A DNA stretch of 32,000 nt from Paramicrosporidium saccamoebae KSL3 (Eukaryota > Fungi > Cryptomycota), in assembly GCA_002794465.1 (NCBI GenBank), contig MTSL01000219.1, positions 11,459-43,458 on the forward strand, in the 5' to 3' direction. Position numbers and translations under genes: made by a program. The stretch's first letter is position 1, and each line of letters opens with the position of its first letter. Of this stretch, positions 1 through 9,340 are shown piece after piece. The notes beneath the pieces are model-generated. The model saw nothing but the letters and a program-made list of their open reading frames with translations. It was not told the DNA's origin and made no database searches.

Positions 1-2
1 AA

Positions 3-533
3 CTGCTCACTGGACAGTCTCGAGGCGGCTTCCTGGGCGGAAGTGGTGCGACGCTCACCGGTGGACGTGGTACAACCATCCAAATTCCAGAGACTTCAGT
101 TGGGGCGGTGATTGGAAAGCGTGCCGAAACGTTGAGGACACTGCAGACCATGTCAGGATGTCGTATCTATGTGGAACCCAATCCGGCGGTTGGGAACTCT
201 TCCTTCCGGAATGTGCATCTGACTGGTGCCCCCGAGCAAGTTGCCTATGCGCATCAGCTCATCATGGAAAAGGTGGCACAGAATGAGGGTGCTTACTACT
301 CTTACGACCCTGCCCAGCCCTCTGTTATTTACCAGAATCCAAACGAAATGTTTGCCGGCGCCGGCGCTACCGATCAGGCCACAGCGGCTGGCTACGATTA
401 TGCACAGTATTATTATCAATATTATCAGCAGCAGGCCCAGGCGGGAGGACAGCCCATGGATCCTGCCCAACAACAGACTTATGATTATGCAGCATATGCC
501 CAATACTACGCCCAACAACAGCCGCCCCAATAG
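3..533 (+). CDS. KH-domain RNA-binding protein, FUBP/KSRP-like (3' part; 5' end outside window)
   Basis: Frame 3 is open from the window start: TTIQIPETSVGAVIGKRAETLRTLQTMSGCRIYV is a KH domain, followed by Tyr/Gln-rich repeats (DYAQYYYQYYQQQ, DYAAYAQYYAQQ) like the FUBP C-terminus. Stop TAG at 531-533. Confidence 0.8.
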   Translation: MLTGQSRGGFLGGSGATLTGGRGTTIQIPETSVGAVIGKRAETLRTLQTMSGCRIYVEPNPAVGNSSFRNVHLTGAPEQVAYAHQLIMEKVAQNEGAYYSYDPAQPSVIYQNPNEMFAGAGATDQATAAGYDYAQYYYQYYQQQAQAGGQPMDPAQQQTYDYAAYAQYYAQQQPPQ

Positions 534-560
534 ATAAACATTTATTGATTACTCTTTGTC

Positions 561-1440
561 ATGCTGCAGGATGAGAGTGATGTGGATTGGTTCCAGGCAT
601 TGCTGAACAGGAATAGACTCTGTGGCAATTTTGAGGATTCGCCATTCGTAGACGAATATTTGCAGTGTTTCCGACGAATCACTACCGATGACACTGAGCA
701 CAAACTAGTAGTATCCCGGAAGCTTCAAGAGGAAATTCCATTGTTGCTGGGAGCGACGGAGCGAGAAGGGAAACTGCTGGAGCTGCTGGGTGTTTCGCTT
801 GACAAACTTTCCGAGTCTGAACTTGCCACGATACAGAGTACAGCCAAATTGATGGCAATGACAGGCGCGACTTCCATCACTGAGCTGATTGTGGCACTAA
901 ATGACATTTCCACTGACCATGCCCAAGCAGTGACAAATCTCAGCACTGCCCAGGTGCTACATTCCGAGGGGAATCGGGTTGAATCGGAAATTTCCACATT
1001 GGAGGCCAAACTCTCACAGTAGCTCCTCCTGCGTCTCTCATATGGTAGAGCTCACAACGAATTTGTCGGTTGGGGGCAGCGCGACTGCGAATTGGGCATC
1101 AAAGAACTGAAGGTGGCTACCGAGACGGTTCTGCAGAAACGCGAAGAATATCAATTGCGGTTGCAGAGGCTGCACAGTGTATGGCAGGAGCGGCATGGCA
1201 ACAGGGAGCCGCCAGTGGTCAGATTGGCGGATTGCGCTGCACAGATTCTCGACAAAAGGGGTCAGCTAAAGAGCATTGAAGAGGCACTGCAGCCGTATAA
1301 CCAACTGCCGCCCGACATATCGCTGGCCTCGGTGGAGGTGGAACGGGCCCGACAGGAATTGGTATGGTCTGATTACTTATAATGGCTTGTAGGAACGGCT
1401 CCTGTCTCATCGAGATTCGCTGCTGCGTAATTTTCGCTAG
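561..1440 (+). CDS. HAUS1: Augmin subunit HAUS1-like, 272 aa
   Basis: Exons 561-1018, 1049-1361, 1393-1440; GT-AG introns of 30 and 31 nt restore the frame. The C-terminal LPPDISLASVEVERARQELERLL matches the HAUS1 motif and the length is typical. Confidence 0.75.
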
Positions 1441-1461
1441 AACCCACTAAGCTGTACAGAT

Positions 1462-2806
1462 TTATAAGAATTGTTTAAGGATTCGGGCTACTATAGGACT
1501 CAGCATTGACTGATCTTTGCGAAGTGTCTTCATCAAAACCGCCATCGAACCCGCCAGCAGCAAAATCTCGCCATGGGGAATGTTCCTTGCCCATCCCTTC
1601 TCCACCAAACCCCGATAAAAGGCCACACCCGCTCTCGGCAACATCTATAGAAATTAGAGAGAATGCAGACACCATACATATAGGGCAAGTTCGGCACGAC
1701 GGGGCTTCTTTTCAATGAATATGCTGCCCGCCGAGATAAAGCCCATCCACCAAAATGCCATTTTCCATTCACCAGTGATCACACCCGCCTCCATCAGGTT
1801 CCGCTGCGCACACAGCATGGCCTGGAATATAAAGACGTAGGTGGACATGAATGCGGACGATTGTGCACCGTTACGGACAGCATTTAGCAGGGTCTCGTTT
1901 ATTCGGGCAAGTGATTTTGTGAATTTGAAGAGCAGGGGAGGGATGAGGTGAAGCGAAAAGTACATGGGAAAGACCATCTTAAAATTAGCATAAAGAACCC
2001 AGAGGATTCGATCCCAGCATGAACGCCCAGGATGGATAAGTGAGCAGGTCAGCGTGTCACAGCTTCCCATGAGGGGAGGAATCTCAACGCCCCGAGCAGC
2101 ATGTTTGCTCACCAGTCCCCCAAAAATGCTCATATCCATATAGCCGGACCGGATCTTCCTCTGGAAGAGCTCAATGACGGCCGGATCCATCTGTGTGACT
2201 TGTGTCAGAAAGTGACTGTACGTAGGATCAACCGTCTCTGGTCGAACCACAAAATTGTAAACCGCCTGTCCAGAACAAAGTGCAAATACTGCCGCATCTC
2301 CGAAATATGCTATTGGATCCAGACGAGGATGTTTGCGCTGGAAATTGCTCCACGCACTTGCCATGGCACGCACCACCAAATATTGTGCCAAAATCCACCG
2401 AGTGCTCTCTTTCTCCACTACAATTGCCAATGATCCAACCAGTCCCCCAACAAAGGCATTCCAGCTGTCCTTCCCACGGCGACGCTCCAATGTCCGCTCC
2501 ACGGCCTTGAAGAGGGCAAAATAGAGAGCGACAAAGGATCCGAAGCGAATCGCCGTCCCACCAAAAGAGATCCGCAGTGCTCCCAAAATGTTCAATCTAC
2601 CAGTTAATCCTCCATCGATGGTACTGTTTGGAACGGAGCAGCTTGATGAGGTGCGGCAGGAAGCCTACTCCGCCCCGAACGGCCCAGGCGAGACAAAAGT
2701 CACGCAGCAGCGTTCGCAGAAAAATAAACAGGATCTTCCGCTTTTCCTCTCCCAAACAACGTGCCTGATCCACCAGCTGATGGAGACGTGACTCCACATT
2801 GCCCAT
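1462..2806 (-). CDS. TMEM135: TMEM135-family (peroxisomal membrane-type) protein, 427 aa
   Basis: Exons 2806-2625, 2596-1678, 1644-1462 (introns 28 and 33 nt). Motifs DSWNAFVGGLVG, CSLIHPGRSC, PMYFSLHLIP, IEKKPRRAELALY|MLPRA. Confidence 0.85.
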
Positions 2807-2855
2807 TAGAACACAAAAACGATTAATCTCGATTTTTTCTTAATTTCCCGCCAAG

Positions 2856-3245
2856 ATGTGTAAGCATATCCCCAATGCGCAGGTACGCGGGTGCATGTAT
2901 TGACGGTAGGCCTCAATTAGAGCAGCATGTTGCAAGCGGTGGTTCGACTGCACGCAATGTCATGAGGAGATTAGCGACCATGAGCTTTTCAAGACGATGG
3001 AGTTGATTGTCGCCTGTAAAAAGTGCAAAAGGGTCTTTAAGAAGGATTTGACGTATGTGTCCTTGGGGAGCTGATGGTGTAGCGCAGAAATGGAAGAATC
3101 GGACGAGTTTTGTCCCCATTGTGACAATCATTTTGTGATTGAGGTGCAAGAGGCACAGCCCGTCATCACGTTGGAGGGGGATGACCCGCGCATTATGCGA
3201 GATCACAGAATGCCCCAACATAGTGTCGAGGTTGAAGATTTATAA
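2856..3245 (+). CDS. CHY zinc-finger protein, 110 aa (absent from ORF track)
   Basis: Exons 2856-2882, 2910-3052, 3083-3245 (introns 27 and 30 nt) give MCKHIPNAQASIRAACCKRWFDCTQCHEEISDH...ACKKCKRVF...EFCPHCDNHF, the Cys/His pattern of fungal CHY proteins. Confidence 0.9.
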
Positions 3246-3381
3246 TTTAAAGTACATAAACGCTCCAGTTTCATGAAATGACTATTATATACGTAAGCGG
3301 ACCAGTCTCATGACTATAGTTCAAATAACCACTTCCCAGTTTCACGGCTACAAAGTACATAAATAACCCAGTCCATCCAGG

Positions 3382-4554
3382 TCAGGACTTGTTGGCGAAT
3401 ATGAGAAGGAGCCGGCGTCGAACGCTCGTCTTGACCTGATCAATACGATCCTTAATTAACAAGTAGATTCCCTTCTTTTCCTCAACTGGCGCTCGTTCTA
3501 TAATCTTTTGCAGCACATAATTGGCATATTGATCAAACGCCATTCTTCTCCAAATATCCGTATCGGATAGATGCTCCCTGACCAGCTGTCCAATCCGCTC
3601 AGAAGATACAACATCAGTAGCCTACCATTAGACACAGTCTTGCAATAACCTTTTCGACTACATTGGATCCATACTTGTGCAGAAACAGCTGGTCAAAGTT
3701 GTCTATCACTTTGGTTGCACACTCTTGGCGGCCATTTGCGTCCGACACATCCATGCAATGTTGCAGGACATAATTTCCATATTGATCCTAACAAGTCAGG
3801 GGGAATTATTAGCTCGTAGTACTAAAGCAAGCTCGACTACGTGTTCCAAGAGCTTGGTGTGAAGGTTTGGACAGGATGCAGACAGCTTTTCAAGACACTT
3901 TTTCAACAAGCAACATCCGAATCGATCGGTGCCAGCCTGCATAATGTTTTCTTCCAAATATCCGGCAATAAACTATGTCCATCAGTTTTCTGGACCCTGA
4001 GTACATGGCAATCATCTGCAGTGTGCGTGTCAATATATTGCTGCAGAATAGTAGCGCCATACGGACATTTGAGCATACTGGCCATATCGCGTGCTAACGC
4101 ATCCTGTATCATCATTTTCTTCACCATATAGCCACATCTGTAATGACTACCTGTTTCGGACTTTGTAACATTGACACTAGCGAGCTCAGCACACAGGATC
4201 CATGAAGATTGCCCTGGATTCTTGGAAATGTGCTAGGAGCCAATATCTCTGCCAGCATTCTGGTCTGCAAGCACTCACTCGCTGTTTCAAAAACCTTTTG
4301 ACAAACATAGTTCCCATAGGTATCTAGAGTTACCACCGTGACAGAGGTCAGCTACTTGTAACATGGCTGACAATGTTTGGCATCATGGCTTCGGCAGTAG
4401 CAGCTGCAGCAAACAGCTGTTTGTCCTGAATAAACTGTTGCACAATCCTGCATCCACTCTGTTGCCCCAGTTGGCTACGTAGGACTTCTATATGCAACCC
4501 TCTCGCGCTTGCATGAACTGTACCTATTAGTATGGAATGGTTGAGTGGGTCCAT
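3382..4554 (-). CDS. Pumilio/PUF RNA-binding protein (Puf4/5-like), 8 repeats, about 337 aa; N-terminus uncertain (frame open to 4686)
   Basis: Exons 4554-4356, 4323-4151, 4118-4005, 3972-3823, 3787-3650, 3621-3382 (introns 32, 32, 32, 35, 28 nt). Repeat cores: GCRIVQ, GNYVCQ, GSCVLS, GATILQ, GCCLLK, GNYVLQ, GSNVVE, ANYVLQ. Confidence 0.85.
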
Positions 4555-5255
4555 AAAATCGTCAAGAGAGACATCTTCCAGGAAAGATTCTCGGGTACTT
4601 ATGACATCTACAGCTGGTCTACTGGTGAACGCATTGTTGTACCAGTCTCGGTCTTGAACAACGAAGCAAAGGAAGATGTCTACTTGTCAACTCATTCAAC
4701 ACAATAGTACTCTCGAGTGCATGACTCTCCAAATTTAGAAGTGCAAATTTGTTGAAATGTTATGAACGCCGCCGTCCAATCACGGGCTGCATGGCCATGG
4801 ACCAATCGGGCGTGGCTTTGCGTGACTATAATTGGCCGACGCCAGGAACTGGACAACAGGCGACCGTCTGTCTGCTGAGCTTGTTGTGTATGTTATCCAA
4901 GTATTTAATGTGTCGTTTATGCGCCCTGGGTGCCTGTTAGATACTCTTGATAGCGAGGACTAGCCTCAAGATGGTGTAGTTGATAGCGGAGGTAGAGGTC
5001 TGGGAGTGACTGACAATGATAGCTGATGCTCTGGTAGCTAGAAGTAGACTAGATAGCGGTACAGATTTCGCAACTGACGTGCTAGGGATCGTCATTTCCG
5101 AGTGAACTCTTCTCAATGTCCATATAACACGGTCAAGTCTCTTATGATGCCCACACTGTTGTGTAGATGTAGTAGCCTTCCTGACCAGGAGGCAACGATA
5201 CAAGATTAACAGGTACACCCGTAGTCGTGGGTACTGCTAGAGTAGAGGCACTCAA

Positions 5256-5408
5256 GATCAGTGCGAGGTTAATAATAATGAGACGGTCGCCGCCTCGCAC
5301 TGATCAGGAAGCACATCCGAAAAAACGGCTAGCCACCTCCTGGATGTGCAAGCCTTAGGAGGGCGTTTTTGGATCTGGTTCGGCCTGGTATGAAGCCGAG
5401 CCAGATCC
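5256..5408. other. Cluster of inverted repeats / candidate structured RNA
   Basis: Stems: 5256-5268/5293-5305 (13 bp perfect), 5311-5318/5342-5349 (8 bp perfect), 5371-5384/5395-5408 (14 bp, one G-T pair). No recognisable protein in the interval. Confidence 0.55.
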
Positions 5409-5454
5409 TCTAGCGCATTCCGACTTGGATTCTCTAGTGCGAGGATATGTATCA

Positions 5455-5847
5455 TATCAACGAAACTGAAATGTCCCCAATGGTCATATTGTCGCGTAGT
5501 GGGGATAATACCACGGCCCAGTTTAGGTGAGAAGAGAATTTATTCAGTCAATCCAACGACCCATTTATAGTCTCACAAATAACATAATCCTCAAATGGTA
5601 AAGATCTCATTATTCTTGATCGATTGTTCTGGTTATCCCTTCTCCAAACTAGGGAACTATTTCCAAAAGACATGCTAATCAGTCTTCTATGTCACAGTAT
5701 CAACGAAATTGAAATGTCCCCAATAATCATAACGAAACTGGAACGTCCCCAATAATCGTAACAATGAAGCTGGAATGTCCCTAATAATCATAACAACAAA
5801 GTTAGAATGTCTTCAATAATCATAACAACGAAACTGTAATGCCCAGC
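5455..5847. repeat. Minisatellite, unit about 29-33 bp (consensus caacgaaactggaatgtccccaataatcata), about 6 units, interrupted by an LTR-like insert
   Basis: One unit at 5455-5489, then five degenerate units at 5698-5847. 5455-5481 and 5698-5724 match at 26/27 bases. Confidence 0.9.
5490..5696 (-). mobile_element. Solo-LTR-like element, copy 1 (207 bp)
   Basis: Begins TGTCGCGTAG and ends CTATGTCACA (TG..CA, 7/10 inverted); flanks ATAT/GTAT; TATAAAT on minus strand at 5563-5569; homologous to 9076-9279. Confidence 0.7.
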
Positions 5848-5904
5848 AAAAGGGTTGGTGTTACAAATCTCTCAAGTTAACAAAACAATTTTGACGTAAA
5901 GTTC

Positions 5905-7424
5905 ATGGCGGCTGATGAGGAGACACCCTTTGAAGTGTTACTCCAATTCAGCAAATTTTTAGAGGCGCCTGCAAATGTAAAGACGGCAAAGAGCTCGTTG
6001 GTCTTGTGCATACAAAACCCTGAACTGGCGGAAGACATTATCGAACGGTCTGTAGACTCGGTCCAACAGGACCCGAAGAATAGACGGCCGATCCTTCAGT
6101 TTATGGCAACTCTATATGAACACCCGGAGGCAAAAAGCTTTCGACCGATCATTGAGAGGAGGTACCGGGACCTTGTTGATATCGGGCTACGGGGCACATC
6201 CCCCTCGGTGGTTAGGAATGCCGCCAAGGGGCTAAAGACTTTACTGCAGGCCTTTGACGACACATTCCAAGGCGAATGTGGTGATTTGAACGCTTCCATA
6301 AATGAGGCCATTGGACTGTACATTGTGGTTGCGTTTCTAATTGTGTCTAGGACTGAAGCCGAACAAAAATTTAATCAGAACAAGCAATCCGTGCTAGAAG
6401 CCATTGAGCGGGAACGTGAAAATGTATATAACCCACTCGGCTTCTCATATTGTCTAGCATAAAGCGCTGAGAGTAAGCTGCTGGAGTCGCCCTGAAGACG
6501 AGACGCCGGAGGAGGAATTTTTGTCGTTTTACAAAAAATCAGCTGGTCTCTCTGATTCAGATTTCCGACAGGCCAAGAATAATTTAGCATTATTCTGTCA
6601 GGTCAATGGACTGGAAAAGACTGAGCATCCTGTCGTTGTGGTGAATCTTGATGAAGTGATGCCTTTTATCCCCGAGCTTCGAGACAGTCGAGATTCAAAG
6701 GTCCGCCATACTGCTGAAGACTTTTACTCGGTTGTCAAGGAGATTGCTCATTTTTGCTTCTTCTATTCGGATTTGCGCGATTTTGAACAGCCACACACTG
6801 AGTACTATTGCGAGGATGATGACGGACGGAAGCTGAATGACTACGACTTTCAAAGCGATGAGCTTGCATTGTTTATCAAAGACTCTTCTATCCCCTACAC
6901 GCACAAGTTTTACCGCGAAAGGGCATATAGGAATCGTCTAGCAGCATATCGATACGACCACAACAGGGAAATTGTGAATATCATCCCGAGAGAGTTGGAG
7001 CGTGATTGCAACCGATGTAGGCAGGATTGTGATCATCTTTTCGGAAAAGTATTTTCCAAGATGAAGCACTCTTTGACGACATTAAGATCACTGGGAGTTG
7101 AAATGTGCTTCCTAACCAAAGTTCACCTTAGTCTAGCCTTGGCAATCAATGTTGCGCTCGACATCAACACTGTCGTGCCATCCCAGTCGCTGTACTCTAC
7201 CAGCAAATATGATGTAGACTGGGGATTCTCAGCTATTAGACAAAAGTACGGCGATGGGCGTAAATACATTATTGCTGGCCGATCTAAAGCAAGCAGTCGA
7301 TGCGCTGAAAAGGTGGGAAAGGCATCATTGGATCTTAATAATTTAGTTTGGTTGGAAGTATTTGGAGGTGCGACACCCAGAAGACTTTGGCAAGCTAGTC
7401 CAGGAGTTGAGGACGGCTGAATAG
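5905..7424 (+). CDS. CTK3: CTK3-like CTD kinase subunit fused to an Eyes-absent (EYA)-type HAD domain with degenerate catalytic motifs, 472 aa
   Basis: Exons 5905-6317, 6351-6423, 6458-7312, 7347-7424 (introns 33, 34, 34 nt). N-terminal TPFEVLLQF...LAEDI and IERERENHKALRVSCW...EEEF match CTK3 N and C domains. From about 6630, VVVNLDEV...FFYSDLRDFEQPH...DDDGRKLNDYDFQSD...LYSTSK...RKYIIAG...EVRHPEDFGKL aligns by eye along the EYA domain. Confidence 0.8.
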
Positions 7425-7473
7425 ATCGGCTCAGAGAATTTATTCGTCTATATTATGATTTGTGTATTGTTCT

Positions 7474-8951
7474 CTACGAATCTGTCTCCACGGTTTTTGC
7501 ATCTAACGGAGTGCCCGTAGTCTCTCCCAAATTGTAAGCCACGTACACGAAGCCTGCTGCGGTGATAACGGCCAGTGTTGCGTAGAGATACAAAGGATGC
7601 GCAGCGTGAATTATGGGCCAAAATGCTGTGACGGCGAGAATCTTAAAGGTGCCAGCTACGCCCATTGAGAGGGCCAAACCCTTTCCCCTGATGGCAGAAG
7701 GGAGTATTTCTGCAGAGACGACCATGGGGAGCGGCCCAATGCCAACGCTGAAGAACATTCGGTTTAGAAAGATGCCAAAAAGCGAGAGATGGGTGCATAT
7801 ATGATGGGGATGGACCTGCATCACAGCGGCCAGGATTAAGAGACTGGCAGATATTCCGGCGAGGCTGATGAGAATTGGCCCTTTCCGGCCGATACTGTCG
7901 AGATTATGCACGACGAGCCAGATTACGATTATTTGAGGCAGCATGGATAGAACTCTATAGAATATTAGTAGCTGTAATATATTGCTTACGTCATGCCGAT
8001 TGACATTTCCCGAACAAATCCCAAGTCGTGGAGAATGATGGAAGAGTAATATGTAATAATGTTGTTCCCCGATAGCTGCTGTAGGAGGTGAAGAATCAAG
8101 GTGACCAGGACCGCGTGTCGGTTTTCCTTCTTGACCAGATCACTGAACGAACTTTGCTTTTGCGTTTGTTGACCAGCATAGTCCTTGAGGATTTGAATTT
8201 CCTTTTGCAGTTGCTCATCTTCTCCTGGTCCGTAGGTTGTCTCCAATACTTTCAGGGCCTCCTCCTCTCTCCCGTGGAGCACCAACCATCTAGGCGACTC
8301 TGGAAGAGAAATCAGCGTAGTCACAATCGCGGGAATATGCAGTACTGCGCCGATCAAAAATACTATTCGCCAACTGATCGTCTTGTCGAGGTAAATGACA
8401 ATGGGCAGCGCACAAAGGTTTGCCAAAATGCCGCCGATCCATCCGGCCAGTTCGCCGTACCCTTGGAGGGAGCCACGAATTTTGCTTGGTGAAATCTCTG
8501 CTAAAAACAAACCAGCTCCCACCGAATTCAATCCTATGGACAGCCCAGTGAACAGTCGGCCAATGATGATGGCCCAAGTACCTGGGGCAAAGGCCGACAA
8601 GACGGCTGCCAGCAGTCCGATCACAGCACTGATTACTAATATGGGCCGTCTGCCCAGCCGGTCGCCTATCACTCCACTTGCCAAATTTCCAAGCAACATA
8701 CCTAGGAGAATCACCGAAACAATCAAGGTGGTCTCCAACACGGAGAGCTCATAGGAAAACGGAATATACAAAATCACAGCCGAGAGAAGACCAATCATAT
8801 ATCCACTGTAGAACGTTGTAATTGAGACTATTATGGTGTATTTGTAACATGCCCATGGGTATCCCGGCGGATCCACACCGGGTGGGTTGTCCGTCATACC
8901 GAAACTGGACTGGCGTGATGCAGATATAGAGGGCCTATGCTGATTGGACAC
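7474..8951 (-). CDS. MFS sugar-porter family transporter (inositol/hexose type), 480 aa
   Basis: Exons 8951-7990, 7954-7474 (35-nt intron). Motifs GDRLGRR, AEISPSKIRG, PESPRWL, QQLSGNNIITYY, DSIGRK, AEILPSAIRGKG, ETTG. Confidence 0.92.
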
Positions 8952-9075
8952 TATTCAAATTTCTTCAGCTCTGACCAATTAGGGATGCTGGGGGAGCTAG
9001 CGTGGGATTTGTGTCTGTAATGAAGACGGGGCCCTTGATCCGCTATCTTAATTGACCTTTGACTCGTTATCATAA

Positions 9076-9279
9076 TGTCGCGTAGTGGGCTAATACTACG
9101 AATCAAGTCATGCGGGAACCCGTCCACTGCTACTCCGACAGCCTATTTATAGCCTCACAAATAGCGTAATAGTCCTAAAATGATAAGGCTCCCCTTATCT
9201 TTCATCTTTTGTTCCAAATGTCCTCTTCAAAGTAGGGAATTATCCTCAAATCCCCAACTAATCAATCCCCTACATCACA
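9076..9279 (-). mobile_element. Solo-LTR-like element, copy 2 (204 bp)
   Basis: TGTCGCGTAG...CTACATCACA with a perfect 4-bp flanking duplication ATAA (9072-9075, 9280-9283); TATAAAT on minus strand at 9145-9151; first 14 nt identical to copy 1. Confidence 0.75.
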
Positions 9280-9340
9280 ATAATAGATCCTTTATCCTTG
9301 GTTATTTATATTATACTCTCTCATAATCTGGTAATTGTAT

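Noticed and set aside
2913-3221. 102-aa minus-strand ORF; with one putative intron its stop would overlap the TMEM135 ATG (TAATG)
   Set aside because: It is the antisense shadow of the clearly recognisable plus-strand CHY zinc-finger gene.
3382-4554. PUF fragments in different frames suggesting a pseudogene or frameshifting
   Set aside because: All breaks are resolved by 28-35-nt GT-AG introns.
4900-5250. Minus-strand frame with a signal-peptide-like stretch (LIIINLALILSASTLAVP) and several stops
   Set aside because: No start codon, no recognisable family and no convincing intron set. It may be decayed coding DNA, but I cannot support a call.
5461-5480. GAAATGTCCCC resembling the RNase MRP conserved region I
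   Set aside because: It is part of the minisatellite unit, and no matching conserved region V was found.
5698-5847. CRISPR-like array (about 30-bp repeats)
   Set aside because: Units are head-to-tail and degenerate with no unique spacers, there are no cas genes, and the context is eukaryotic: a minisatellite.
6473-6497. Strong GTAAGC donor that would splice out 25 nt and truncate the protein before the EYA domain
   Set aside because: It would remove the conserved CTK3 C-terminal motif (SCW..EEEF), is shorter than any supported intron and has a poor acceptor. Still worth checking in RNA-seq.
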